Of a DNA stretch of 64,000 bases, positions 29,852 to 38,057 are shown in pieces. Every line of letters starts with the position of its first letter. Within the stretch, counting starts at the first letter, position 1. The stretch is from Candidatus Multivoradales bacterium (GTDB lineage Bacteria; Acidobacteriota; Thermoanaerobaculia; Multivoradales; Multivoraceae): contig CBDCWI010000002.1 of assembly GCA_965223325.1 (NCBI GenBank), positions 1,184,001-1,248,000 on the forward strand, in the 5' to 3' direction. The position numbers were made by a program, and so were the translations under genes. The notes below the pieces were generated by a model. It was given only the letters and a program-made list of their open reading frames with translations. It did no database searches and was not told the DNA's origin.

Positions 29852-30566
29852 CGCAGCTCACGACGACGCGCATTCGACCCTTGCGCATCATTTCGAGAAC
29901 TACGACCAGCAGCGCGAGGCTGCCTCCCTGGGAATGTGGTTCTTCATGGCCCAGGAGATTCTCTTCTTCGGAGGTGTCTTCCTCCTCTACATGATCTATC
30001 GGATCAGCAACGCCAAGGCATTCGCTCTGGCGAGTTCCGAGTTGGACGTCAAATGGGGTTTCATCAACACCCTCGTGCTGATCGCCAGCTCGGTCACCAT
30101 GGCCCTGGCCGTCAAGCAGGCCCAACTGGGCAAGCGCAAGGCGCTTTGTCTCTTCTTGATCTTCACGATCCTGTTCGGGTTCGTGTTCCTCGGTATCAAG
30201 TACATCGAGTACAGCGCCAAGTTCGAGCACAACACCGTACCGGGACCGTCTTTCGAGTTCCATCCCGATCCAGCCGACGTCGAAAGGCTCGGGCTGACGG
30301 CCGAGGAGCTGGTCAACCTCGAGAGTCGCGCCGAGATGTTCTTTTCGGTCTACTTCATGATGACCGGCCTGCATGCGGTGCACATGATCATCGGCATCGG
30401 CATTGGCATTTGGCTGCTTTTCCCCTCCTGGGCCGGCAAGTTCAACCTCGACTACCACAACCCGATCGAGAACTTCGGGCTCTACTGGCATTTCGTCGAT
30501 CTGGTCTGGATCTTCCTTTTCCCGCTCCTCTACCTTCTGGGGCGCAACATTCACGCCGGCGGCTGA
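29844..30566 (+). CDS. coxC: Cytochrome c oxidase subunit III
   Basis: [38 protein letters not shown] start after GAGGAGG. Confidence 0.93.
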   Translation: MSNAAHDDAHSTLAHHFENYDQQREAASLGMWFFMAQEILFFGGVFLLYMIYRISNAKAFALASSELDVKWGFINTLVLIASSVTMALAVKQAQLGKRKALCLFLIFTILFGFVFLGIKYIEYSAKFEHNTVPGPSFEFHPDPADVERLGLTAEELVNLESRAEMFFSVYFMMTGLHAVHMIIGIGIGIWLLFPSWAGKFNLDYHNPIENFGLYWHFVDLVWIFLFPLLYLLGRNIHAGG

Positions 30567-30581
30567 GGAGGCTCTTCGCTC

Positions 30582-30989
30582 ATGTCTGACAGCACACACG
30601 CAGCCACCCACGACGACGGGCACCACCCGGTGCACATCTCTCCAGATTGGATGTACCTGGCGGTGTTTGCCGCCCTTGCCGTGCTTACGGTGCTCACCTG
30701 GTGGGTCGCCCAGTTCGACTACGGGGTCTTCAACGACTTCATCGCCCTGGGTATCGCATGTACCAAGGCAACGCTCGTCGTGCTCTTCTTCATGCACGTC
30801 AAGTACGCCGGCAAACTCACCCAGATGATCGTTGTCTGCGCGATCCTGTGGGTCGCCATCATGTTCGCGCTCACCCTGATCGACTACTTGTCACGCTCGA
30901 GTGACATCGTGCCGCGGGTCGTGCCAGTACCCTCATCGATCGATTGGGAAGCGCCAGCGCCCGAACCGGCGCCTGGCGACGCCCACTGA
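30582..30989 (+). CDS. coxD: Cytochrome c oxidase subunit IV (caa3-type)
   Basis: Three TM segments, IA..KA.LV.LFFMHVKY. Confidence 0.88.
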   Translation: MSDSTHAATHDDGHHPVHISPDWMYLAVFAALAVLTVLTWWVAQFDYGVFNDFIALGIACTKATLVVLFFMHVKYAGKLTQMIVVCAILWVAIMFALTLIDYLSRSSDIVPRVVPVPSSIDWEAPAPEPAPGDAH

Positions 30990-31023
30990 CGGTGAAATCA
31001 CTCGGGCGACCCTGAGTACTTCC

Positions 31024-31050
31024 AAGGGCCGGTTTTCACCGGCCCTTCTT
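31024..31050 (+). terminator. Hairpin after the ACIII-caa3 operon
   Basis: AAGGGCCGGT-TTTC-ACCGGCCCTT followed by CTT; weak U tract. Confidence 0.55.
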
Positions 31051-31062
31051 GATGGCTCCTTC

Positions 31063-32388
31063 ATGGCTCACTCGGCAACCGCCGGAGCGACCGCGATGAC
31101 CGAAACTGCGCCCCCTTGCGACCCCGGGCACACCCACGACGACGCCGTCACCTTCGTGCTCGCCCTGGGACCGGCTCTGCACGAGCACGGCGCACCAGCG
31201 CACCGCGTCGAGAGCGCACTCGAAGAAGTAGCCCAGGCACTCGGCCTCGAGGCGACCTTCCTTTCAACGCCAACCTCCTTGATCTCGAGCTTCAAGGGCG
31301 CCAGTCCGGGAGGAGCCAGTCCGGGCGCGGCCAGCCCGCTCAACGAGAGCACCCACCTGGCACGACTCGAGCCAGCCGAGCCCGATCTCGGCAAACTCTC
31401 CGATCTCGACGCCCTGGCGCGAAGAGTGGTCACGGGCGCGACCGACCCCCGGCAGGGATCGCAGGCGATCGTGGAGGTGGTGTCGAAGCCCGTCCTGTGG
31501 AACGGCGGCTGGCGAACCCTGGGTTTCCTGCTCGCCTCGGCTTCCGCAGCGCGAGTCTTTGGCGGCGGCGGCAGCGAGGTGATCGCCGCTGGCCTCGGCG
31601 GCATTCAGGTGGGTCTCCTGGCCTTTGCCGCCGAGCGCTCAGCTGTTCTGGCGCGACTGTGGGGAGCGACCGGGGCCTTTCTGGTCGCGACCCTGGCAAC
31701 CTACGCCGCAAGTGTCTTTGCTCTCGAGCCGTCGGTCGTGATTGTCTCGGCGCTCATTGTTCTTGTCCCCGGCCTCACCCTGACCGTCAGTGCGACAGAA
31801 CTGGCGCAGGGCAGTCTGGTCTCGGGAACCTCACGGCTGGCCGGAGGTCTGCTCGCCCTCCTCCTGATGGGTTTTGGCGCTTTCCTGGGGACCCGGGCCG
31901 GCCGGCTGGTCATCCGCGCAACCGACGGAGCGGTAGAGTTTCACCCGGGCATGGGTGGCGGCGCCGATCTCCCGGCTTGGACGATGGTCGCAGCCGTCTT
32001 GATGACCGCGCTCGCCTTCACGATCCTTCTCCAGGCCAAGGTGCGGGACACCCCGTGGATCGTCGGCACTGGTCTGTTGACCTGGCTCGTGGCCCAGCAG
32101 GCGGCGGTCTTCGGGACCGAGGTTGGCGCTGCCGCCGGAGCCACGATCCTGGGTGTGACTTCAAACCTCTACAGCCGCGTCCTCCATCGGCCCGCGATCG
32201 TGACCCGCGTCTCCTCGGTGCTCCTTCTGGTTCCGGGTGCGATCGGCTTCCGAGGAGTCGCCTCCTTGCTCCATCACGATACGATTTCGGGCGTCGATGC
32301 GGTGCTCGATGTGGCGACGATCGCCGTCGCAATCGTGGTTGGGTTGCTGCTCGCCAACGCCATCCTGCCACCCCGCAGAACCCTGTAG
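31063..32388 (+). CDS. Threonine/serine exporter family (ThrE/YjjP-YjjB fusion)
   Basis: LH.HGAPAHRVE, PDLGKL, FGGG, LVPG.TL, GSLVSG.SRL, LLLVPG. Confidence 0.88.
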   Translation: MAHSATAGATAMTETAPPCDPGHTHDDAVTFVLALGPALHEHGAPAHRVESALEEVAQALGLEATFLSTPTSLISSFKGASPGGASPGAASPLNESTHLARLEPAEPDLGKLSDLDALARRVVTGATDPRQGSQAIVEVVSKPVLWNGGWRTLGFLLASASAARVFGGGGSEVIAAGLGGIQVGLLAFAAERSAVLARLWGATGAFLVATLATYAASVFALEPSVVIVSALIVLVPGLTLTVSATELAQGSLVSGTSRLAGGLLALLLMGFGAFLGTRAGRLVIRATDGAVEFHPGMGGGADLPAWTMVAAVLMTALAFTILLQAKVRDTPWIVGTGLLTWLVAQQAAVFGTEVGAAAGATILGVTSNLYSRVLHRPAIVTRVSSVLLLVPGAIGFRGVASLLHHDTISGVDAVLDVATIAVAIVVGLLLANAILPPRRTL

Positions 32389-32427
32389 AGGGAGCCTCTG
32401 AAGACCCCTGCTCCTTCCGGACGGCCT

Positions 32428-32901
32428 CTAGTCGCGCGCCGAATCGGACTCTTGAATGGTCATCAGGTAGCTGAGCAAGGCATCGATCGCCGCTTCCACG
32501 TCGACCTCCTGCTCGGCGACCTTGTCCGAACTCGAGAAGACGAGCCCCCATACCGGCATTGCCCGACGACCGTGCCCACGAATCTCGTAGCGTCCATCGA
32601 TCGACGCCCGGACGCGCTCTCGGGGGAAGCCATCGTCTTCTCGTGCGGCAAGAGCCGTCAGGTCGGCCGGCGCGACGCGCAGGATCTCCGCCATTTCTCC
32701 GCTACCCCGGCCAGTTGCTCCGTGGCAACCGGCGCAGTGCACGCGGTAGAGGCGCTCGCCCCGCCGGACTCGCAGCTCGTCGCTCGAACTGGCCACATCG
32801 GTCTGGCACAGGGCAGGTACGGCGGGCGCCACCATGAGCGTCAACGCGCCGAGGAAACGAAGCCCAACCGGCGCTCTCGGGCGATTCAGGGATCTGCGCA
32901 T
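32428..32901 (-). CDS. Monoheme class I cytochrome c
   Basis: Signal peptide, CAGCHG..G.G.G, PADLT, IDGR..HG.R.MPVWG. Start uncertain (up to 32940). Confidence 0.88.
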   Translation of the reverse strand: MRRSLNRPRAPVGLRFLGALTLMVAPAVPALCQTDVASSSDELRVRRGERLYRVHCAGCHGATGRGSGEMAEILRVAPADLTALAAREDDGFPRERVRASIDGRYEIRGHGRRAMPVWGLVFSSSDKVAEQEVDVEAAIDALLSYLMTIQESDSARD

Positions 32902-33171
32902 CACGGAGCTACTCTCCATCTCCCTCATTGATGACTTCATGCTGCGATTGTTCCGGCTCTCGACCGGCAGGCCAAGCTTCGGTTATCCCATAGGTGCCTC
33001 GTAGATACCACGGGTGGCTCCTTCCGCATCCCTTCTGGGAGCATGCGATGGCTTTGTGTCCCATGGCCATCGTGGGGCGGTTCGCCGCCATCCACCATGA
33101 AGGACATCGCAGAACGCCGGACAGCCCAAGCTTGCACTGGTCTGAACCCTGAATCCGAGAGCCGAGCCACC

Positions 33172-34074
33172 ATGCAACCCAAGAAGATTCTCCTGCCGAC
33201 CGACTTCACCGCCGAATCCGTCAAAGCTCTCGAGCGTGGCTTCGACCTCTGTCGGCAATTCGACGCCGAACCGCACTTCGTCCATGTCGTGTTGCAAGTG
33301 GACTACGCGCCCCTCGTCCCACCAGACGTCATGACCGGAAACCTCGGCGATCTCTACGAAGATGTCGCCAAGCGAGCAACAGACTCCTTGCAGGAGATCG
33401 CCGATCGGGTCGCCGTTGGGAGCAATGACTCGGTGGTGCGAGTTCTCACCGGACCCTCGGTCACCCGCACGCTGATCGACTACACCGAGGAACATGACAT
33501 CGACCTCATGGTCGTCGGCACCCACGGCCGCACCGGGGCGAAACGAGTGCTGCTCGGCAGCGAAGCTGAACGGCTGGTGCGCGTTGCCCCATGCCCGGTA
33601 CTCACGGTCGGTCCCGACGTCGACCCCAGGCCGGAGCGGCCGCTCCGCATCCTGGGCGCGCTCGATCTCGCGGATACCAGCCTCGAGGTCGCCCGCAGCG
33701 TACGCGAGCTCAGCGAGCTCTACTCTGCCGACGCTCACTTCATCCACATCGTCGCTCCGGTCATCTTGCCGGCCTACGTCGAGGGCTACACCCAGGTCTC
33801 GGTACCGGTCGACAACCTGCTGGCTCAGGCGAACGAGAAACTGCTCGAGGTCGTCGAAACGGCCGGCGTGGTCGATTCGACACTTCGTGCCTCCTTTGGA
33901 GACACGGCGATCGAAGTCGTCAAGTATGCGAAGGAAACCAACGTCGACCTGATCGTCGTCGCCACCCACGGGCGTAGCGGTTTGCCGCACCTTCTCCTCG
34001 GCTCGGTTGCGGATCGCATCGTCAGGACTGCTCACTGTCCCGTGATGACCGTACGACCCTCGACTTCGGATTGA
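33172..34074 (+). CDS. Tandem-domain universal stress protein
   Basis: KILLPTDF, DLMVVGTHGRTG..R.LLGS.AE..VR.APCPV repeated twice. Confidence 0.93.
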   Translation: MQPKKILLPTDFTAESVKALERGFDLCRQFDAEPHFVHVVLQVDYAPLVPPDVMTGNLGDLYEDVAKRATDSLQEIADRVAVGSNDSVVRVLTGPSVTRTLIDYTEEHDIDLMVVGTHGRTGAKRVLLGSEAERLVRVAPCPVLTVGPDVDPRPERPLRILGALDLADTSLEVARSVRELSELYSADAHFIHIVAPVILPAYVEGYTQVSVPVDNLLAQANEKLLEVVETAGVVDSTLRASFGDTAIEVVKYAKETNVDLIVVATHGRSGLPHLLLGSVADRIVRTAHCPVMTVRPSTSD

Positions 34075-34133
34075 ACTTGGCAGCCAGAGGAGCATCGACA
34101 GCCAACCGTTCGGGTCTTGATAGCGTCGCCCGA

Positions 34134-35651
34134 ATGAACTCCGCGCACACGGACGAGGGGCAGCTGTTTGGGGTCCTTCTCGAGGCGGCAGTCGACGGCA
34201 TCGTCGTGATCGATCGCCGTGGAACCTTGCGCCGTATGAATCACCAGGGGCTCGCCCTCTTCGGTTACGAAGCAGACGAGATCATCGGCAGGAACATCTC
34301 GCAGCTCATGCCTGAGCCCCATGCGAGCCAGCACGACGCCTACGTGAGCCGTTACCTCAAAACAGGTACGAAACGCATCATCGGCATCGGTCGTGAGGTC
34401 CTGGGCAAGCGCAAAGACGGCAGCACCTTCGTCATGGACCTGTCGGTCGGCGAAGGTGAAGTCGACGGGGAGCACTTCTTCATTGGTGTCATGCGCGACC
34501 TCACCGAGCGCAACGCCCTCATCCATGAGCTCCGCGAACGAGAGAGTGAAGTGCGGGGTCTGGTTGAAAACGCACTGGTCGCGACCGGGGCTCTCGACCC
34601 CGAGGGGCGCTTCCTGGGCTGGAACGACTCGTTCGCGCGCGCGCTCCGGACCTCAGATCTGCAAGGCAAGAAGCTCATCGGTTTCCTTCCGACGAATCAG
34701 CAGCGTGACTTCGAACAGGCACTTCGCCGCCTCTCGGAGAGCGGCGAGTCGGAACTGCTCCACGATCGGCGTTTCCAGGTCAATGACGAGGAAACAGACG
34801 AAACACGCGTCGGTGACATTTACCTCTCTCCGGTCCGCGACCTCGACGCCCCCGACGAGCCGATCCATCGGCTCGTAGTCCAGTTCGTCGATCGCACGAC
34901 AGAGGTGCAAGCCGAGCGTGCGGCGCTCGAGGCTCAGAACCGAATCGCCCACCTCAATCGCCTGGGTACGCTCGGTGAAATGGCAGCGGGGATCTCGCAC
35001 GAGGTCAACCAACCCCTGGGCGCGATTTCGAACTATGCACAAGCGGCGCGCTTCATGCTGAGAGCACCCTCGACCGATCCGGAAGCATTGCTCGGCGTGC
35101 TCGAGAAAATCGCCGCCCAGGCAGAACGAGCCGGGAGCGTCATTCGGCGCATGCGCGCGCTGGCAGGCGACACCACTACGGCACGTGAGACCTGCGACCT
35201 CGCCGATTTGATCCATGAGGTCGTTGGGCTGTTCGGGAGCGACGCTCGTTTTGAACTTCCCCGCCTCGATGTCGACCTTGGATCAGACCTACCCGAAGTC
35301 CGAGTCGACCGCGTCCAGATTCAACAGGTGCTCTTGAACTTGCTGCGCAACGCCCTCGATGCCATGGCCGATGTGCCAGTCTACGACCGCCAGCTTCGGC
35401 TCGAGTGTCAGGGTGAACCGAGCCACGTCACCATCAGCGTCGTAGACCGTGGTCACGGCATCATCCCGGAGATCGCCGATCAGCTGACCGACCCGTTCTT
35501 CTCGACCAAAGAGCACGGAATGGGTATGGGCCTGGCTATCTGTGCTTCGATCGTTTCCTCTCACGCCGGCAAGCTCTGGCACTCCGCCAACGAGCCGGCC
35601 CCCGGTGCCACCTTCCATGTTCAACTTCCACTACCGGTTACCTCATCATGA
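34134..35651 (+). CDS. fixL: Heme-PAS O2 sensor histidine kinase, FixL-like (two PAS domains)
   Basis: LMPEPHASQHDAYVSRY...RIIGIGREV.G.RKDG (proximal His, distal Arg), SHEVNQPL H-box, N/G1/F/G2 boxes. Confidence 0.88.
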   Translation: MNSAHTDEGQLFGVLLEAAVDGIVVIDRRGTLRRMNHQGLALFGYEADEIIGRNISQLMPEPHASQHDAYVSRYLKTGTKRIIGIGREVLGKRKDGSTFVMDLSVGEGEVDGEHFFIGVMRDLTERNALIHELRERESEVRGLVENALVATGALDPEGRFLGWNDSFARALRTSDLQGKKLIGFLPTNQQRDFEQALRRLSESGESELLHDRRFQVNDEETDETRVGDIYLSPVRDLDAPDEPIHRLVVQFVDRTTEVQAERAALEAQNRIAHLNRLGTLGEMAAGISHEVNQPLGAISNYAQAARFMLRAPSTDPEALLGVLEKIAAQAERAGSVIRRMRALAGDTTTARETCDLADLIHEVVGLFGSDARFELPRLDVDLGSDLPEVRVDRVQIQQVLLNLLRNALDAMADVPVYDRQLRLECQGEPSHVTISVVDRGHGIIPEIADQLTDPFFSTKEHGMGMGLAICASIVSSHAGKLWHSANEPAPGATFHVQLPLPVTSS

Positions 35652-36262
35652 CTAGTACTCCTCTACAGACAGTCTTCATCGTCGACGATGACGAGGCCTT
35701 TGCCGACTCGGTCTCGGTTCTGTGCCAATCCGTTGGCATCGCCTCGCAGACTTTCGAGTCTGCCGAAGAGTTTCTCGAGGAATTCGTACCCTCCTGGAAC
35801 GGTTGTCTGGTGCTCGACGTGCGCATGCCCAGGAAAAGCGGGCTAGATCTCTACAAGGAGCTCACCGAACTCGGCAACACCATGCCGGTGATCTTCATCA
35901 CCGGTCACGGGGACATCGGGATGGCGGTCAGCGCGATGAAAGACGGGGCCTTCGACTTTTTGACCAAGCCGTTCTCACATCAGGAACTTCTCGATCGAAT
36001 CCACACCGCGCTCGCCGGCGCGAGCAGAGAGCGAGCTGCCGGTGCCGAGCGGGCCGAGCTCTCTACCCGTCACCAGGGGCTGACGCCGCGCGAAAGCGAG
36101 GTCTTCGACCTGGTGGTCGCCGGCAACGCCAACAAGGTCATCGCCAGCCGTCTCGGAATCAGCCAGCGGACCGTCGAGCTTCACCGGGCCCAGGTGATGG
36201 CGAAGATGAAGGCCGATTCCCTGGCCGACCTGGTGCGCATGGCGGTCGCGATCGGTCAATAG
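35648..36262 (+). CDS. fixJ: FixJ-family response regulator (REC-LuxR HTH)
   Basis: VDDD, LDVRMP, ITGHGD..MAV.AMK.GA.DFL.KP, LTPRE.EV..NKVIA.RLGIS.RTVE.HRA.VM.KM. Confidence 0.92.
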   Translation: MTSTPLQTVFIVDDDEAFADSVSVLCQSVGIASQTFESAEEFLEEFVPSWNGCLVLDVRMPRKSGLDLYKELTELGNTMPVIFITGHGDIGMAVSAMKDGAFDFLTKPFSHQELLDRIHTALAGASRERAAGAERAELSTRHQGLTPRESEVFDLVVAGNANKVIASRLGISQRTVELHRAQVMAKMKADSLADLVRMAVAIGQ

Positions 36263-36381
36263 GCGACCGCGGCCAAACGCCGGCCGTGGCGAACCCTAGA
36301 GCCGCTTCGTGTTCGGGCGCCCTACCCTCTTCATGCCCTCGGCGCGCTCTGCGAGACCCCTAGGGCCCGCCAGCACCGCTC

Positions 36382-36966
36382 TCAGTGCGGGTGGTGGATC
36401 CCCTCCGAAGGCATCTCGGGCTTGTACTCCTGATGACAAGCCTCGCAGGCCGCAATGATGCTGTCGCCGGCCCGAAGGACGCGCTCGAGGTCGCGAGCCT
36501 GGGCCCCGGCATAACCTTCCATTGCGGCATCGGTCATGAGACGGGCCTGTTGCTGCCACGGCAGCTGCCGCACCCAGCCGTCATCGGAAGGTCCGGTCCC
36601 GCCGGCGGTGATCGCCGTGCCCGAGATCGCCAGCTGAACGGCGTGATGTTCGACTTCCTGCCAGTCTTTCTCGGTCACTGGAGCACCGCCTTCGCGACCG
36701 AGGTCCCACAGCTCGTGTGCTGAGTGGTCGACCAGCGCCACCATGACCGCGTTGAGACTGAGGGCTGGCTCGACGGCCGGCTCGAGACACCCGAGCTCAC
36801 ACTCCTCGACCGCACTCTTGACAGCAGTTTCGATCTCGTCAGCGGCTGCCGCAGACGTGGTTGCCGCAGACCCGTTGCCTTCCTGCGGCGCACAGGCTGC
36901 AAACGTCAGCAAGCCGAATGCGATCGAGAGACCGGTGAGAGCGAGAAGACCTGAGTTGCGTTCCAT
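36382..36966 (-). CDS. Lipoprotein with C-terminal CxxCH, cytochrome c'-like (class II)
   Basis: Lipobox FAAC, helical body, CEACH near the C-terminus. Confidence 0.72.
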   Translation of the reverse strand: MERNSGLLALTGLSIAFGLLTFAACAPQEGNGSAATTSAAAADEIETAVKSAVEECELGCLEPAVEPALSLNAVMVALVDHSAHELWDLGREGGAPVTEKDWQEVEHHAVQLAISGTAITAGGTGPSDDGWVRQLPWQQQARLMTDAAMEGYAGAQARDLERVLRAGDSIIAACEACHQEYKPEMPSEGIHHPH

Positions 36967-37073
36967 CTTCCTCAACCTCCTTCAAGCGGCCCATCGTGGC
37001 CCTCTTAGAGGGCCATGGGCAAGACGTCTGTTTCTTTCGGTCACCATCGCAGACGGGTGACACCTCGCTCCAG

Positions 37074-37109
37074 TAGGGCTCTCCCGTAACCACCTAGGGG
37101 TTTCCCGAA
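37074..37109. promoter_or_regulatory. Two putative FixJ/NarL-family binding sites
   Basis: TAGGGCTCTCCCGTA (37074-37088) and TAGGGGTTTCCCGAA (37095-37109), 21-bp period, in a divergent promoter region. Confidence 0.5.
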
Positions 37110-37206
37110 CGCACAGCGGTCTCTTGCCTGGATCACGACCTTGGATAAGGTCGATCCAACCGTTCCCCCTTTCGTTTTCACCCACAACCCATGGAGAGCG
37201 CAGCTC

Positions 37207-37590
37207 ATGGCCGACCCCCAGGAATCCGTCTACGACCGAATCGGCGGCAGCGAGGTGATCGATGAACTCGTCACGCAGTTTTACGAAAGGGTGTTTGCTG
37301 ACCCCGAGCTGGCGACGTTCTTCCAGGACACTGCCCGGGAGAAGCTGATCAAGATGCAGCGCGAGTTCTTCGCCGCCGCACTCGGCGGACCGATCAAGTA
37401 CTCCGGTTTGTCACTGGCCCACGCGCACCATGGCCGCGGCATCCGCCGCCGACACTTCCAGCGCTACGTCGGCCACCTGGTCGATACCCTGGAGGGAATG
37501 AACGTTGGCGACGATGAGATGCGCGACGTCATCGAAAGGGTCGACACCTACGTTACGGAAATCACCGGCTCGATGGGCGATGCCGGATAG
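37207..37590 (+). CDS. Group I truncated hemoglobin (GlbN/trHbN-like)
   Basis: SVYDRIGG, FY.RV.ADP.L..FF, LGGP.KY.G..L..AH, HF. Confidence 0.9.
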   Translation: MADPQESVYDRIGGSEVIDELVTQFYERVFADPELATFFQDTAREKLIKMQREFFAAALGGPIKYSGLSLAHAHHGRGIRRRHFQRYVGHLVDTLEGMNVGDDEMRDVIERVDTYVTEITGSMGDAG

Positions 37591-37615
37591 GCGGCAGGCG
37601 CGAGGAAGGAGCGAG

Positions 37616-37651
37616 AAAAAAATAGACCGACCCTTGTTCCGAGAGTCGGCC
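37616..37651 (-). terminator. Intrinsic terminator on the minus strand
   Basis: Minus strand reads GGCCGACUCU-CGGAACA-AGGGUCGGUC-UAUUUUUUU. Confidence 0.8.
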
Positions 37652-37787
37652 TTTCATAAGGAGAGTCTGCTTGTCCGGGCGGATGAGAACGGCGGAACGC
37701 ACAGGAACTGCCATCAGGGGAATGGGCACCTCGGGGACGATGGTTAAGTGCCAATACGCTCCACCGTTCTCACCCACCGCCAGACAC
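37616..37787 (-). ncRNA. Candidate sigma54-dependent small RNA (~170 nt), family unrecognised
   Basis: Promoter, long stem with G-U pairs on the minus strand, and terminator are collinear; no credible ORF. Confidence 0.65.
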
Positions 37788-37797
37788 CCCTCCCTAG

Positions 37798-37814
37798 AGC
37801 AACCCCCGTGCCAG
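37798..37814 (-). promoter_or_regulatory. Sigma54 -24/-12 promoter
   Basis: Minus strand CTGGCACGGGGGTTGCT matches the consensus YTGGCACG-N4-TTGCW exactly. Confidence 0.8.
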
Positions 37815-38057
37815 CCCGCTCCAGGCTGCAGGAAAAGGCCTCCAACCCTGTATCTTCCGCCGGTTCAACCCTTTAGAGACGGGCCTCTGGGTCGGCTCGA
37901 GGCCTCCTGGCTCCCCCTGCTTCGCCGGCGGTGCTCCAGATCGAAGCACGCCAACAAGCTGGGCACAGACCGCTCAGTTCCGGTCCGGCGCAACCGATAC
38001 ACCTGAGCTACAATACATTTAATAGTCTGCATATTTGTACTATTTCTCTCAAGGAGG

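Noticed and set aside
31298-31340. 15-nt tandem repeat (GASPG x ~3) in the ThrE-like gene
   Set aside because: Short in-frame loop expansion with no evidence of function or phase variation.
32900-37210. FNR/FixK boxes in the O2 island
   Set aside because: No TTGAT-N4-ATCAA found; only half-sites.
37700-37760. c-di-GMP-II riboswitch or HDV-like/hammerhead ribozyme reading of the pseudoknot
   Set aside because: UGGGCAC/AGUGC resembles class II, but the kink-turn and AACCG elements are absent. HDV P3/P1.1/J4-2 and hammerhead CUGAUGA/GAAA cores are missing. Wobble polarity favours the opposite strand.
37562-37777. 71-aa minus-strand ORF as the product of the sigma54 transcript
   Set aside because: No SD, start buried in the stem, and the ORF runs through the intrinsic terminator.
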